DNA of 64,000 nt from an uncultured Fibrobacteraceae bacterium (GCA_964607825.1 CAZSNA010000004.1:14160-78159); one strand, 5' to 3'; positions 1-9,633 are shown, counted from the stretch's first letter. The notes: generated by a model from the letters alone, not told the origin. A program made the numbers and translations.

Positions 1-1
1 C

Positions 2-1675
2 GGCATCTGGCTGATGCCCATCAACCCGTCGCCGACGGTCCACGGCTACGACGCCGTGGACTACTACGCCGTCAATCCCGACTACGGCACCCTGGCCGAC
101 TTCCAGACCTTCCTGGCCGAGGCGCACGCCCGCGGCATCAAGGTGATCATCGACCTGGTCCTGAACCACTGCTCCAACCAGCATCCGTGGTTCACGGCCT
201 CGGCGCTCGAGGATCCCCAGTACCGCGACTGGTTCCGCTGGTCGGCGAGCGATCCCGGCGAGACGGGCCCCTGGGGCCAGGACGTGTGGCACTGGGGCGC
301 TTCGGGCTGGTACTACGGCCTGTTCTGGGGCGGCATGCCGGACCTGAACTACGAGACGCCCGCGGTGAAGGCCGAGATGTTCGACGTCGCCGCCTACTGG
401 CTCGACACCGTGGGCGTGGACGGCTTCCGTCTCGACGCCGTGCTCTACATCCACGAGCAGCCGGGCCAGCTCATGAACACCCCGGAGACCTTCCAGTTCT
501 GGCAGGACTACACCAGCCACGTCAAATCCGTGGAGCCCGACGCCTTCTCGGTGGGGGAGGCCTGGACGGCCTCGAGCACGGTGGTGCAGTACGTGGAGCA
601 GGACCGGCTGGACGTCTGCTTCGAGTTCGACCTGGCCTACGCCATGCTGGCCGCCGTCAACGGCGCCGACGCGGTCTACCTGGCGAGCAAGGCGAGCCAG
701 GTCTACAACCTGTATCCCTACCTGCAGTACGCGACCTTCCTCACCAACCACGATCAGAACCGCTCCTTCAGCTGGCTCGGCCAGGACGTCGGCAAGGCCA
801 AGGCGGCCGCGGCCCTCTACCTGCTGCAGCCCGGCGTGCCCTTCCTCTACTACGGCGAGGAGATCGGCATGACCGGCGAGGGGCCCCACGAGTACGTGCG
901 CACGCCCATGCAGTGGGACGGCGGCCCCAACGCCGGTTTCACCACGGGCACGCCCTGGTTCCCGGTCAACGACGACTACGTCGTCCGCAACGTGGCCGAC
1001 CTGGACGTCGATCCCAACACGCTGCTGAACTGGTACCGCAAGCTGATCCACACGCGCAACGGCTCGTCCGCCCTGCGCCGCGGCGAGTACATCCCGCTGA
1101 CGAGCTCGAAGGCGCCGGTCATGGCCTTCCTGCGCGACGACGGCGACCAGCTCGTGCTCTGCCTGGTCAACACCTCGGCCTTCGCCCAGGGCGGGATCAC
1201 GCTCACGGGGACCGCGGCGAGCCTGACGCCGGGCGTGATGGAGGTCGTCGATCTGCTCGACTCCTCGGACGTGCGCACGCTGGTCGTGACCGGGGACCAC
1301 GAGATCGAGTCCCTGGGTATGGCCGCCTTCGAGGCGCGCGCGTACGAGGTCACGGCGGCCACGGGTGCGGAACCGGATCCGGGCGCGCCGCCGCGCTCGG
1401 GCCTTCGGTTGGAGCCGGCCCGGCCGAACCCCTTCAATCCCTCGACGACAATCCGCTACGACCTGCCCGAGGCCGCGCACGTGCGGCTGGCCGTCTTCGA
1501 CCTCGCGGGTCGCGAGGTGGCGGTGCTGCGGGACGGGGTGCAGGCGGCCGGATCGCACGCCGCCCGCTGGGACGGCCTGGATGCGGCGGGTCGGTCCGTG
1601 GGGGCCGGCACCTACCTGCTTCGATTGTCGACGGGCGCGGACGAACGCCTGGCGAAGATCTCGCTCGTGAAATAG
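2..1675 (+). CDS. GH13 alpha-amylase family protein with C-terminal FlgD-Ig/T9SS-like sorting domain; 5'-truncated by the window edge
   Basis: Frame is open from base 2 (GIWLMP...). GH13 motifs HGYD, DLVLNH, GFRLDA, GEAW, NHD, YYGEEIG. C-terminal PNPFNPSTTIRYDLP...WDG...GTYLLRL. Confidence 0.9.
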   Translation, partial: GIWLMPINPSPTVHGYDAVDYYAVNPDYGTLADFQTFLAEAHARGIKVIIDLVLNHCSNQHPWFTASALEDPQYRDWFRWSASDPGETGPWGQDVWHWGASGWYYGLFWGGMPDLNYETPAVKAEMFDVAAYWLDTVGVDGFRLDAVLYIHEQPGQLMNTPETFQFWQDYTSHVKSVEPDAFSVGEAWTASSTVVQYVEQDRLDVCFEFDLAYAMLAAVNGADAVYLASKASQVYNLYPYLQYATFLTNHDQNRSFSWLGQDVGKAKAAAALYLLQPGVPFLYYGEEIGMTGEGPHEYVRTPMQWDGGPNAGFTTGTPWFPVNDDYVVRNVADLDVDPNTLLNWYRKLIHTRNGSSALRRGEYIPLTSSKAPVMAFLRDDGDQLVLCLVNTSAFAQGGITLTGTAASLTPGVMEVVDLLDSSDVRTLVVTGDHEIESLGMAAFEARAYEVTAATGAEPDPGAPPRSGLRLEPARPNPFNPSTTIRYDLPEAAHVRLAVFDLAGREVAVLRDGVQAAGSHAARWDGLDAAGRSVGAGTYLLRLSTGADERLAKISLVK

Positions 1676-1810
1676 TCGTCGACCACCTTGACGGCGACGA
1701 CGCCATCGGCGTGCCGGTCAATTTCCATCTGGAGCAGCGGAAGCTCATCAGGAATCCGTACGACATGCACAATGATCCGGTCCCCGAGCCGTAGGCCGCG
1801 GCAGGTCCAG

Positions 1811-1844
1811 AAAAGAGAGGAGCCCGGCCGTGTGACCGGGCTCC
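1811..1844 (-). terminator. Intrinsic terminator of the leftward redox operon
   Basis: GGAGCCCGG (1819-1827) / CCGGGCTCC (1836-1844) stem, followed on the minus strand by TCTCTTTT. Confidence 0.7.
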
Positions 1845-1864
1845 CTGCGTGCGGTACTCGAACT

Positions 1865-2263
1865 TCAGCCCAGCAGCTCCGCGATCTTCCCCAGATACGC
1901 ATCCCGGTCGATCGGCTTGCTGAAGAAGCCGTCCGGCGGCGGCACCTGGGGCCGGGTGCTGATGAAGTGCTCGAAGGGCAGGGAGTCGCCGCCCTTGCCG
2001 GTGACCGCGGTCACCACCACCACGGGCACCGACTTCAGCGCGTCGTCGCCTCGCAGGTTGCGGTAGCAGCGGATGCCCGACTCCTCGGGCATGGTGATGT
2101 CCAGGCTGATCAGGTCCGGCTTCTCCGTCTGGGCCAGCTCGAAGCCCTCGCGGCCGTTGCTCGCCGTGACGGTCTCGTAGCCGGCGTCCTTCAGGACCAT
2201 CTCCAGGTAGGTGCGGACGTCGGGCTCGTCGTCCACCACCAGGATCTTCTTGGCGTCGCTCAT
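1865..2263 (-). CDS. Single-domain response regulator (DVU0259/DivK-like receiver)
   Basis: MSDAKKILVVDDE...LISLDITMP...FSKP; AAAGGAG RBS upstream of the ATG at 2263. Confidence 0.85.
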   Translation of the reverse strand: MSDAKKILVVDDEPDVRTYLEMVLKDAGYETVTASNGREGFELAQTEKPDLISLDITMPEESGIRCYRNLRGDDALKSVPVVVVTAVTGKGGDSLPFEHFISTRPQVPPPDGFFSKPIDRDAYLGKIAELLG

Positions 2264-2307
2264 CTCGAAACTCCTTTCAGGCGCGCGGGGGGCGCACTCG
2301 GGCACAT

Positions 2308-2838
2308 CTAGTCTTCTTCCTGCGCCCTGCGCAGGATCTCCAGCGCCTTGCGCATGGCCTCGGGGCTGGCGCCGTGGAGGCTGTCCTCCAGCTCGCCGCG
2401 CAGCTCCACCTTCTCGGTCGCGCCGTCGTCCACGGGCAGGCCGAGGGCGCGGCGGATGCTCTCCACGTAGCTCTTGGGGTTGACCGGCTTCTCCAGGTAG
2501 GTGCCGGGGCCGCTGATCATGCGGCTGTCCAGCAGGTCCTGCAGCTCGTCGCGGCCCATCTCGTCGCCGGCGTGGGCCGTGACGATCAGCACGGGGATGC
2601 GGGCCAGGTCCTTGTCGCGGCGCAGCTCGTAGAGGAGCTTGTGGCCGGACATGCCGGGCATGATCAGGTCGAGGGAGATGAAGTCCGGCGGGTCGGCGCG
2701 GACCATCTCCAGGGCCTCGCGGCCGTCGCCGGCCTCCTGCACCCTGAAGCCCGCGTCCTGCAGGATCATCGCCAGGTACTGGCGGACGTCGGGTTCGTCG
2801 TCGACGACCAGCACGGTCTTGTCGTGGGCCTGGTCCAT
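2308..2838 (-). CDS. Response regulator receiver protein
   Basis: VLVVDDEPDV...ISLDLIMP...LEKP receiver motifs with a short C-terminal tail. Confidence 0.85.
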   Translation of the reverse strand: MDQAHDKTVLVVDDEPDVRQYLAMILQDAGFRVQEAGDGREALEMVRADPPDFISLDLIMPGMSGHKLLYELRRDKDLARIPVLIVTAHAGDEMGRDELQDLLDSRMISGPGTYLEKPVNPKSYVESIRRALGLPVDDGATEKVELRGELEDSLHGASPEAMRKALEILRRAQEED

Positions 2839-2839
2839 G

Positions 2840-4663
2840 TCAGTCCTCCGGAGGGGCGTCGCCGGGGGCGTCCGCCTCCTCGTCCAGTTGCGGGAGCCGG
2901 TCCCGCGGGAATTCGAGCCTGAAGACCGAGCCTTCGCCGGCCGTCGACTCGAAGGACACCTTGCCGCCGTGCTGCTGCACGATCTTGCGCGTGGTCAGCA
3001 GGCCGAGGCCGGTGCCCTTGTCGGCTCCCTTGGTGGAGAAGAAGGTCGTGAAGACCTTCTTGCGGATCTCGTAGTCGATGCCCGAGCCGTTGTCGGCCAC
3101 CTCGATCACCAGCGTGCCGTCCCGCTCGCAGGTGCGCACGACCACCTCGCGCTCGGCGCGGTCGCACATCTCGCAGGCGTCGAGGGCGTTGGACACGAGG
3201 TTGTCCAGACAGGACTGGATCCCCTCCTTGTCCATCAGCGCGTAGGCCACGGGGTCCTCCAGGTCTGCGCGCAGGGCGATGTCGGCCATGGCCGCCTTGT
3301 CGCGGAACAGCTCGACGACCTGTCGGCAGAGGCGGTTGGGGTCCACGAGCTGCACCTCGGGCTTGCGGCCCTTGGCGAACTCGAGGAACTCGCGCACGAA
3401 GGTGGAGATGCGGTTGATGTTCTCCTCGAGCATCTGCCAGCCCTTGAGCATGCGCTCGTCGTCGCCCTTGGCCATGCCCGACTGGAAGGCGTACATGCCG
3501 CCGTCCAGGCCCATCAGCACGTTCTTGATGCCGTGGGCCAGGCCCGCCACGGTCTGCCCGACGGCCGCCAGCCGCTCGGCCGTGAGCTTCTCGCGCTCGA
3601 GCTCCTTGACCTCGCGGCGGTCCTGCGCGATGACGGCGCTGCCGATCAGGGCCTCGTTCTGGTAGAGGTTCAGCGCGGCCAGCCGCACCGGCACCGTCTC
3701 GCCCTGCAGGTTGGTGATGTTGGTGTTCTCGAGCAGGACCTGCTCGGGGCTGCTGCAGCTCCGCAGCGCCTTGGGCAGGATCCCGGCCGGCACCTTCTTG
3801 CCGATCAGCTCCTTGCGGGGGGCGCCCCAGAGCAGCTCGGCGGCCGGGTTCATGAGCACCACGCGCTGGTCCTCGTCGGTGACCACGATGGCGTCGAGGG
3901 CGTGCGCCACCAGGGCGCGGCGGAAGGCGCCGGCCTGGATGAGCTCGGCCTCCATCTGGGTGGAGGCGGTCACGTCCAGGCACATCTCGATCACGTGGGT
4001 GATCTCGCCGTCGCCCATCAGCAGGGGCGCGGTGGAGACCACGTAGTGGGTGTCGCGCCCGTCGCGGCTGGTGCCCACGTGGCGGGAGGTGTAGGACTGG
4101 CCGTCGGCGAAGGTCTTGGCCGCCGGGCATTCCTCGCATTCGGTCTGGCGGCGCTTGAAGAGCTTGTAGCAGAACTCGCCGCGGGGCTCGCCGAAGGTGC
4201 GCCGGAACATCTCGTTGGCCTTGACCACGCGGCGGTCGCGGTTGAGCACCGTCACGTAGCAGGGGACCTTCTCGAAGAGGGTCTGATACTCGCGCTGCAG
4301 GCGCTTGGTGGTGGTCAGGTCGGTGGTGATGGCCGCCAGGTGCGTGGGCTCGCCGCCCTCGTCGCCCAGGGGTGTGAGCTGGGCCAGGTAGTGGACGGTC
4401 TGGCCGTGCAGGTCGAAGCCGCTCTCCTCCAGCACGCGCTGACGGCCGTCGGCGAAGGTCGTGCGCGCGGGACAGTCGGGGCATTCGCTGTCGCGACCCT
4501 TGTAGACCTCGTAGCAGAAGCGGTCCTGGCTCGGTCCGAACACGTCGCCGAAGGCCCGGTTGTGCCGGACGATGCGCAGGTCGCGGTCCAGGACGACCAC
4601 GCCGTGGGGGATCTCCTCCAGGAGCGCGTCTCCGTGCAGTTGCTGCCAGGCGGGGGCGGTCAC
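2840..4663 (-). CDS. Cytoplasmic multi-PAS sensor histidine kinase
   Basis: GTG start overlaps the upstream stop. Three PAS repeats, two with CY..x..CxxCP. H-box LAHGIKN, N-box NLVSNALDA, DNGSG, GTGLGL. Confidence 0.9.
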   Translation of the reverse strand: MTAPAWQQLHGDALLEEIPHGVVVLDRDLRIVRHNRAFGDVFGPSQDRFCYEVYKGRDSECPDCPARTTFADGRQRVLEESGFDLHGQTVHYLAQLTPLGDEGGEPTHLAAITTDLTTTKRLQREYQTLFEKVPCYVTVLNRDRRVVKANEMFRRTFGEPRGEFCYKLFKRRQTECEECPAAKTFADGQSYTSRHVGTSRDGRDTHYVVSTAPLLMGDGEITHVIEMCLDVTASTQMEAELIQAGAFRRALVAHALDAIVVTDEDQRVVLMNPAAELLWGAPRKELIGKKVPAGILPKALRSCSSPEQVLLENTNITNLQGETVPVRLAALNLYQNEALIGSAVIAQDRREVKELEREKLTAERLAAVGQTVAGLAHGIKNVLMGLDGGMYAFQSGMAKGDDERMLKGWQMLEENINRISTFVREFLEFAKGRKPEVQLVDPNRLCRQVVELFRDKAAMADIALRADLEDPVAYALMDKEGIQSCLDNLVSNALDACEMCDRAEREVVVRTCERDGTLVIEVADNGSGIDYEIRKKVFTTFFSTKGADKGTGLGLLTTRKIVQQHGGKVSFESTAGEGSVFRLEFPRDRLPQLDEEADAPGDAPPED

Positions 4664-6654
4664 GGGGCCAGTCCCTTCGCGGCGCCGGCGCCGGACCGGC
4701 GGGCCAGATCGGCGTCGACCACGGCGTGGGTGCGGCGGATCAGGGCCCGCTTGTCGCCGAAGTCGCTGCGGTGGCAGGTGGCGCATTCGTTCAGGTGCGT
4801 GTGCTGCTCCGCCTCGGCCGCCTGGGCGTGGCAGCCCCGGCAGAGACCGTGCAGGGCGTCCAGGTACGACGGCGCCAGGCCCGGTCCCAGATCCTCGGTG
4901 GTGCGCACCAGGGTCTCGTCGATCGTGGCGAAGCGGTGGCAGTCGTCGCAGGCCCGCGCGTGGGCGCGGTCCTTGGGCGCCGAGGGGTCGGGGTGGCACT
5001 CGGTGCAGCTCTCGCGTCCGCCCAGCACCCGCTCGTGCACCTCGTGGGAGAAGGTGTCGGTCGCCTCGTACATGTCCCGGTGGCAGTAGGAGCAGGAGGT
5101 CGCCTGGTCCAGGGGCAGGTTGCGGTGATGGCACATGGCGCAGGAGCGCTGGCCGCCCAGGCGGTGCTTGTGGCACTTGTGCTCGTAGAGGACGAAGCGG
5201 TCCGCGCCGCCGCTGTCGATCAGCAGGGCCCGGCGGATGCCGCTGGACTCGTCGCAGGTCGTGACGGCGCCCTGCGCCACCAGGGCGAAGTCGTGCCCCG
5301 GGCCTTCTTCGGCCGCCGTGCGCTTCATCAGCACGTTGCGCGGCGGATCCACCCGCGAGGGCGTCAGGCGGGAACGGTCGGCGATCTGCGCCTCCATGAC
5401 GATCAGGCCGACCACCGCGCCGACGAACAGCGCCAGCACGGCCCGCTGCCCGCCGCCGAACCAGGGCGCGCGGATGAACTGGCGTCCCACCGGATCGTAG
5501 GCCGCCGGCGTGTAGGTGTCGGGCGACTCGGGTCGCTCCTCCCACACGTCCAGCTTCTCGATGAAGAACAGGAAGACCAGCGCCAGCCCGGCCACGATGC
5601 CCATGCTGGTGATCACCTCGGTCAGGGCCGGCACGTAGGCCTCGCCCGTGACCGCGATGTGGGAGATGCCGCCCACGTTGGCCCGGTGCAGCACGAAGCC
5701 CGAGACCGCCAGCAGGGCGCCCCAGCCGATGGCCCAGCCCTGGCCGCGATGACCGGGCAGCGAGAAGAGCAGCACCGGCAGGATCACGCTCATGAGCAGC
5801 TCGATCCAGAACAGGACCGCGTAGCCGGAGCCGTCGAAGGCGAGCCCGAGATGGCCGCGCACGCCCAGGTCGACCAGGCGCAGCGCGAGGTAGAGCGGGA
5901 GCACCACCGCGGCGGCCTGCGTCAGGCCGGCGAGCTGGGGCCACTCGGTCTTGCGGCGGTAGAGCCAGGAGGTGATGACGCCCTCGAGGGTCACCATCGC
6001 CAGGCCCAGCCCGATGGCCGAGATCAGGAACAGCGGGGACTGGAGCGGGCTGTACCACAGGGGGTGCATGCGCGTCTCGGTCAGCAGGAACAGGGTGCCC
6101 AGCGAGGACTGGTGGAGGGTCGACAGGGCGATGCCCGCGATCACCAGGGGCAGGGTCGCCTTCCTCAGGACGCGCACGAGCGGCCGGGCCCATTCGAAAC
6201 GCCCAAGGCCGACGGGCGCGAACTCGAGCGCCAGCACGGCCGTGTACAGCATCACGCACATGCCGACCTCGAAGAGCGGCGAGTGCAGGTTGTGGTTCAC
6301 GATCATGCGCCAGATGTTGTACGGCCGCCCCAGGTCGACCAGCAGGCCGATGATCACGCCCAGGTAGCCCAGGAACGCGGTCAGCACGGCCGGTCGCGCG
6401 ATGCCGTGGTAGTGCTCGCGTCCGAAGACGTAGACCGTGGCCGCGATCACGAAGCCGCCCGCGGCCAGGGCCACGCCGGACAGCACGTCGAAGCCGATCC
6501 ACAGGCCCCAGGGGGTGAGGTCGGTCAGGTCGGTGGTCAGGCCGAGTCCGCGGACGTAGCGTACGGCCGCGATCAGTCCGGCGGCGCCCACCAGGAACCA
6601 CAGGACGGCCTTCACGGCGATCAGCCGGTTGTTGGTGCCGATGTTGACGCTCAC
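4660..6654 (-). CDS. NrfD/HybB/HmcC-family membrane subunit fused to a C-terminal hexaheme cytochrome c domain
   Basis: GTGA overlap start. PWGLWIGFDV, DLGRP, LHQSSLG NrfD/HybB motifs. Six CxxCH (CAMCH, CSYCH, CTECH, CDDCH, CRGCH, CATCH) follow the last hydrophobic helix. Confidence 0.88.
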   Translation of the reverse strand: MSVNIGTNNRLIAVKAVLWFLVGAAGLIAAVRYVRGLGLTTDLTDLTPWGLWIGFDVLSGVALAAGGFVIAATVYVFGREHYHGIARPAVLTAFLGYLGVIIGLLVDLGRPYNIWRMIVNHNLHSPLFEVGMCVMLYTAVLALEFAPVGLGRFEWARPLVRVLRKATLPLVIAGIALSTLHQSSLGTLFLLTETRMHPLWYSPLQSPLFLISAIGLGLAMVTLEGVITSWLYRRKTEWPQLAGLTQAAAVVLPLYLALRLVDLGVRGHLGLAFDGSGYAVLFWIELLMSVILPVLLFSLPGHRGQGWAIGWGALLAVSGFVLHRANVGGISHIAVTGEAYVPALTEVITSMGIVAGLALVFLFFIEKLDVWEERPESPDTYTPAAYDPVGRQFIRAPWFGGGQRAVLALFVGAVVGLIVMEAQIADRSRLTPSRVDPPRNVLMKRTAAEEGPGHDFALVAQGAVTTCDESSGIRRALLIDSGGADRFVLYEHKCHKHRLGGQRSCAMCHHRNLPLDQATSCSYCHRDMYEATDTFSHEVHERVLGGRESCTECHPDPSAPKDRAHARACDDCHRFATIDETLVRTTEDLGPGLAPSYLDALHGLCRGCHAQAAEAEQHTHLNECATCHRSDFGDKRALIRRTHAVVDADLARRSGAGAAKGLAP

Positions 6655-7472
6655 GACGGCTCCTCCTCGCTCGCGGGATCCTCGGTCGGCTCGGGAGTCT
6701 GTGCGGCTTCCAGAACCGCCGCCTCGGCGGCCAGCTTCTGGCGCCTCTTGATCACCCAGTGGATGCCGGCCATGGCCACGCCCACCGTGACGAACGTCGC
6801 CGGCACCGTGTGCAGCACCTTGTCCGCCAGCTCGGGCACCGCGCCCTCGGGCAGCGAGCCCGGCCAGCCGGCCTGGACCAGGTCCACGTCGGAGATGTAC
6901 AGCACCGAGGTGCCGCCCACCTCGTGCTCGCCCCAGACGTGGTCGATGTACAGGTCGGGCCGCGCGACGATGCGCCGCCTGGCCTCGGCCAGCAGCGCGT
7001 CGCGCTCGCCGAAGATCGTGGCCTGCTCGGGACAGGCCTCGGTGCAGGCGGGCTGCGTCAGCTCGCCCGCGCTGAGCTTCTCGTAGCAGAGGATGCACTT
7101 GCGCACCCGCGGATTGGGCGACTCCCACTCGTAGCGGGTCATCCGGAACGGGCAGGCCACCATGCAGTAGCGGCAGCCCAGGCAGATGCTCGCGTCGTAG
7201 GCGACCACGCCTTCGTCGGTGGTGTGCAGGGCGCCGACGGGACAGGCCGCGGCGCAGCCCGGCTCCAGGCAGTGACGGCAGTGGACGCGCACGTGGCGGC
7301 CCTCGGTCTGGGCCATGGTGGTCCAGCGGGTCGAGGACAGGTCCGTCGCCTTGCCCTGCCACGGATGCGGGGCGTCGCGCAGGCCCGTCTCGTTGGTGAC
7401 CTTGCAGGCGTGCACGCAGGTCTCGCAGCCCGTGCACCTGGTCACGTCGGTCAGGATCGCGAAGGAGCTCAT
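6651..7472 (-). CDS. HybA/HmcB-like 4x[4Fe-4S] protein with C-terminal membrane anchor
   Basis: CTGCETCVHAC, CRHCLEPGCAAACP, CLGCRYCMVACP, CILC...PACTEACP; hydrophobic C-terminal helix; ATGA overlap. Confidence 0.88.
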   Translation of the reverse strand: MSSFAILTDVTRCTGCETCVHACKVTNETGLRDAPHPWQGKATDLSSTRWTTMAQTEGRHVRVHCRHCLEPGCAAACPVGALHTTDEGVVAYDASICLGCRYCMVACPFRMTRYEWESPNPRVRKCILCYEKLSAGELTQPACTEACPEQATIFGERDALLAEARRRIVARPDLYIDHVWGEHEVGGTSVLYISDVDLVQAGWPGSLPEGAVPELADKVLHTVPATFVTVGVAMAGIHWVIKRRQKLAAEAAVLEAAQTPEPTEDPASEEEPS

Positions 7473-8170
7473 ATCGGTTCGTTCTCCTTGGCCAGGGCCA
7501 CCGCCACCCGCTTGCCGCTGTCGGCGGGGAAGCGCCAGCCGATCTCGCCGATCAGCTGGCTCAACGGGGCCAGCACGCAGTGGACGATCTTCGTGATGGG
7601 CGTGATGATCAGGGCCAGGTCGCCGGCCAGGACGTGCAGCAGCATCAGCAGCCGCGGCGCCGCCGGCGACGAGAGGGGATGCGCCGCCCACCAGCCGGTG
7701 CCGACCACCGCGAACAGCAGCAGCAGCACACCCACATCGCCGCCCCGGGTCAGGTCCCGGGTCGGGCGCGAGAGCAGGCGCAGGAAGAGGATCGTCACCA
7801 GACCGACGAGAGCCGCCAGGGTCAGGACGTCCGAGGGGCCGGCGGCCAGGCGCGGCCACCAGGCGGGCGCCAGCGGGCCCCAGAGGCCCACGTGGCCGGT
7901 GTAGAACAGGGGCAGTCCCAGGACGCCCGCATGGAAGACGAAGGACGCCAGCCCGTACAGCGGCCGATGGCGCAGCAGCCGCAACGGCAGCAGCCAGGCC
8001 ACGGTGTTGCGCACGAGGGCGTCGACGGGCAGGGTCTTGTCGCCGGCCCGCGCATGGGCGCTCCGGATCTGCCACAGCACCGTGCCGAGCCGGTACGCCA
8101 GACCCAGCAGACAGACCGCCAGGCTGACACGGAACAGGGGACCCTTGGCCAGTTCGATCCAGGTGTCCAT
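7469..8170 (-). CDS. NarI/DsrM/HmcE/TmcC-like membrane cytochrome b
   Basis: MDTWIELAKGPLFR start, multiple TM helices, conserved His in FVFHAG, GHV, LLHVL and TKIVH. Confidence 0.8.
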   Translation of the reverse strand: MDTWIELAKGPLFRVSLAVCLLGLAYRLGTVLWQIRSAHARAGDKTLPVDALVRNTVAWLLPLRLLRHRPLYGLASFVFHAGVLGLPLFYTGHVGLWGPLAPAWWPRLAAGPSDVLTLAALVGLVTILFLRLLSRPTRDLTRGGDVGVLLLLFAVVGTGWWAAHPLSSPAAPRLLMLLHVLAGDLALIITPITKIVHCVLAPLSQLIGEIGWRFPADSGKRVAVALAKENEPI

Positions 8171-9552
8171 CACGCCTCCTCGCCTTCGTCGCTGCTCTCG
8201 GTGATCTTCATGAACTCGGGCGCCTCGATGGCCTTCAGGATGAGGTCGTGCAGGCCGCAGACGCGCACGTCCACCTTGTGGTCCTGACAGACCTCGGCCA
8301 CCTGCTTCTTGCAGTTGGCGCAGGGCGCGACCACGATCTCGGCGTGGGTGCGCCGGATCTGGTCGGCCTTGGCCTTGCCGCCGACCATGGTGCGGAACTC
8401 GCGGATCTCGTCGATCGACACGGTGCCGCCGCCGCCCCCGCAGCAGTAGTTGTCGTGGCGGTTCGGGGTCATCTCCACGTAGTCGGTGCAGATGTGCTTC
8501 AGGATCTCCCGCGGCTGCTCGGTGATCCAGCCGCTGCGGGCGATGTTGCAGGGGTCGTGGTAGGTGACGCGCTCGGTGATCGCGTCGGGCTTGAGCCGGA
8601 GCTTGCCCGCCTTCCACTGGGCGTAGGTGTACTCCATGATGTTGACCACCGGCGGGGCGTCCTCGCCGCCGCAGAACGCCGGCACGAAGGCCTTGGCGGA
8701 GCGGGAGGCGTGGCCGCATTCGCCGATCAGGATCGTCTTGGCGCCCAGCCGCCTCACCTCCGCGGCCTCGTTGCTCACGATGCGGTCCAGCAGCCGGTCG
8801 CTGTAGAACAGCCCGTAGTTGATGCCGTCGAAGTTGCCGGTGCCGATGGTCCATGAGGCGCCGGTCGCCGCCATCACCGCGGCGTTGCCCATGAGCGTGT
8901 CGGGCTCCAGCAGGTAGTCGCTGACCGCCGGGAAGAACACGTACTCCGCGCCTTCCTTGTCCATGGGGAACTCGATCTTCAGGCCGTACTCGTCGGCGCA
9001 GTCCTCCTCGAGGAACTCGCAGGTGTCCTGCATGGCGGGGGCCGGGATGCCCGAGGTGTTGCCCGACTTGCCGTCGAGCTGCTCGCGGACGGACACCACC
9101 AGGGCCTTGGGCGTGAGTCCGACCTCGGCCAGCACCCAGCGCGCCAGGTGGGTGATCAGGCCGTGATCGACGCCGAGGGGGCACTCCAGCTTGCAGCGGC
9201 GGCAGGCCGTGCAGCGGTAGTAGTCGTCGGCCATGCGCTGGAGGTAGTCGTCGTCCAGCTCGAAGGTGTCGCCGAGGCGCGCCTTGAGGTTGCCCCCCAG
9301 GGTGAAGTAGCGCCGGTAGATGCGCAGGAGCAGCTCGCTGCGCTCGCAGGGGATGTCCCGCTTCTCGCCGGAGACCTGGTACACGGGACAGGTGTCGGCG
9401 CAGCGGCCGCAGCGGGCCTTCATGCGCGCCGCCGCGTCCAGCATCACGGCGTAGTTGGAGTGGGACAGGATGGCCGAGAAGGCGTCGAGGAAACGACGCG
9501 GCAGCTCCCGGGCATCCAGGTCCTCACGGTAGTAGGGGGTGGCGATGGGCAT
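8170..9552 (-). CDS. DsrK/HmcF/TmcB-like (HdrD-type) Fe-S CCG-domain oxidoreductase
   Basis: CGRCADTCP, IYRRYFT, CTACRRCKLECP, GECGH, YHDPCN, YCCGGGGG, PCANC; GGAG RBS upstream of the ATG at 9552. Confidence 0.85.
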   Translation of the reverse strand: MPIATPYYREDLDARELPRRFLDAFSAILSHSNYAVMLDAAARMKARCGRCADTCPVYQVSGEKRDIPCERSELLLRIYRRYFTLGGNLKARLGDTFELDDDYLQRMADDYYRCTACRRCKLECPLGVDHGLITHLARWVLAEVGLTPKALVVSVREQLDGKSGNTSGIPAPAMQDTCEFLEEDCADEYGLKIEFPMDKEGAEYVFFPAVSDYLLEPDTLMGNAAVMAATGASWTIGTGNFDGINYGLFYSDRLLDRIVSNEAAEVRRLGAKTILIGECGHASRSAKAFVPAFCGGEDAPPVVNIMEYTYAQWKAGKLRLKPDAITERVTYHDPCNIARSGWITEQPREILKHICTDYVEMTPNRHDNYCCGGGGGTVSIDEIREFRTMVGGKAKADQIRRTHAEIVVAPCANCKKQVAEVCQDHKVDVRVCGLHDLILKAIEAPEFMKITESSDEGEEA

Positions 9553-9617
9553 GTCACGACTCCGTTTGTGGGTCACCGGGACGCGGTCCGGGTGTGTCAT
9601 TCTCGCGCGAGCGCCAG

Positions 9618-9633
9618 GCATGGAGCGTGCCAA
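9618..9633 (-). promoter_or_regulatory. sigma54 (-24/-12) promoter of the leftward redox operon
   Basis: Minus strand TTGGCACGCTCCATGC = GG-N10-GC with a consensus TGGCACG, ~65 bp upstream of the first ATG. Confidence 0.8.

Noticed and set aside
2840-9184. Apparent giant ORFs (1253, 925, 474 and 571 aa) in the ORF track
   Set aside because: Their N-terminal parts are off-frame read-through of upstream genes; true starts coincide with ATGA/GTGA overlaps and RBSs.
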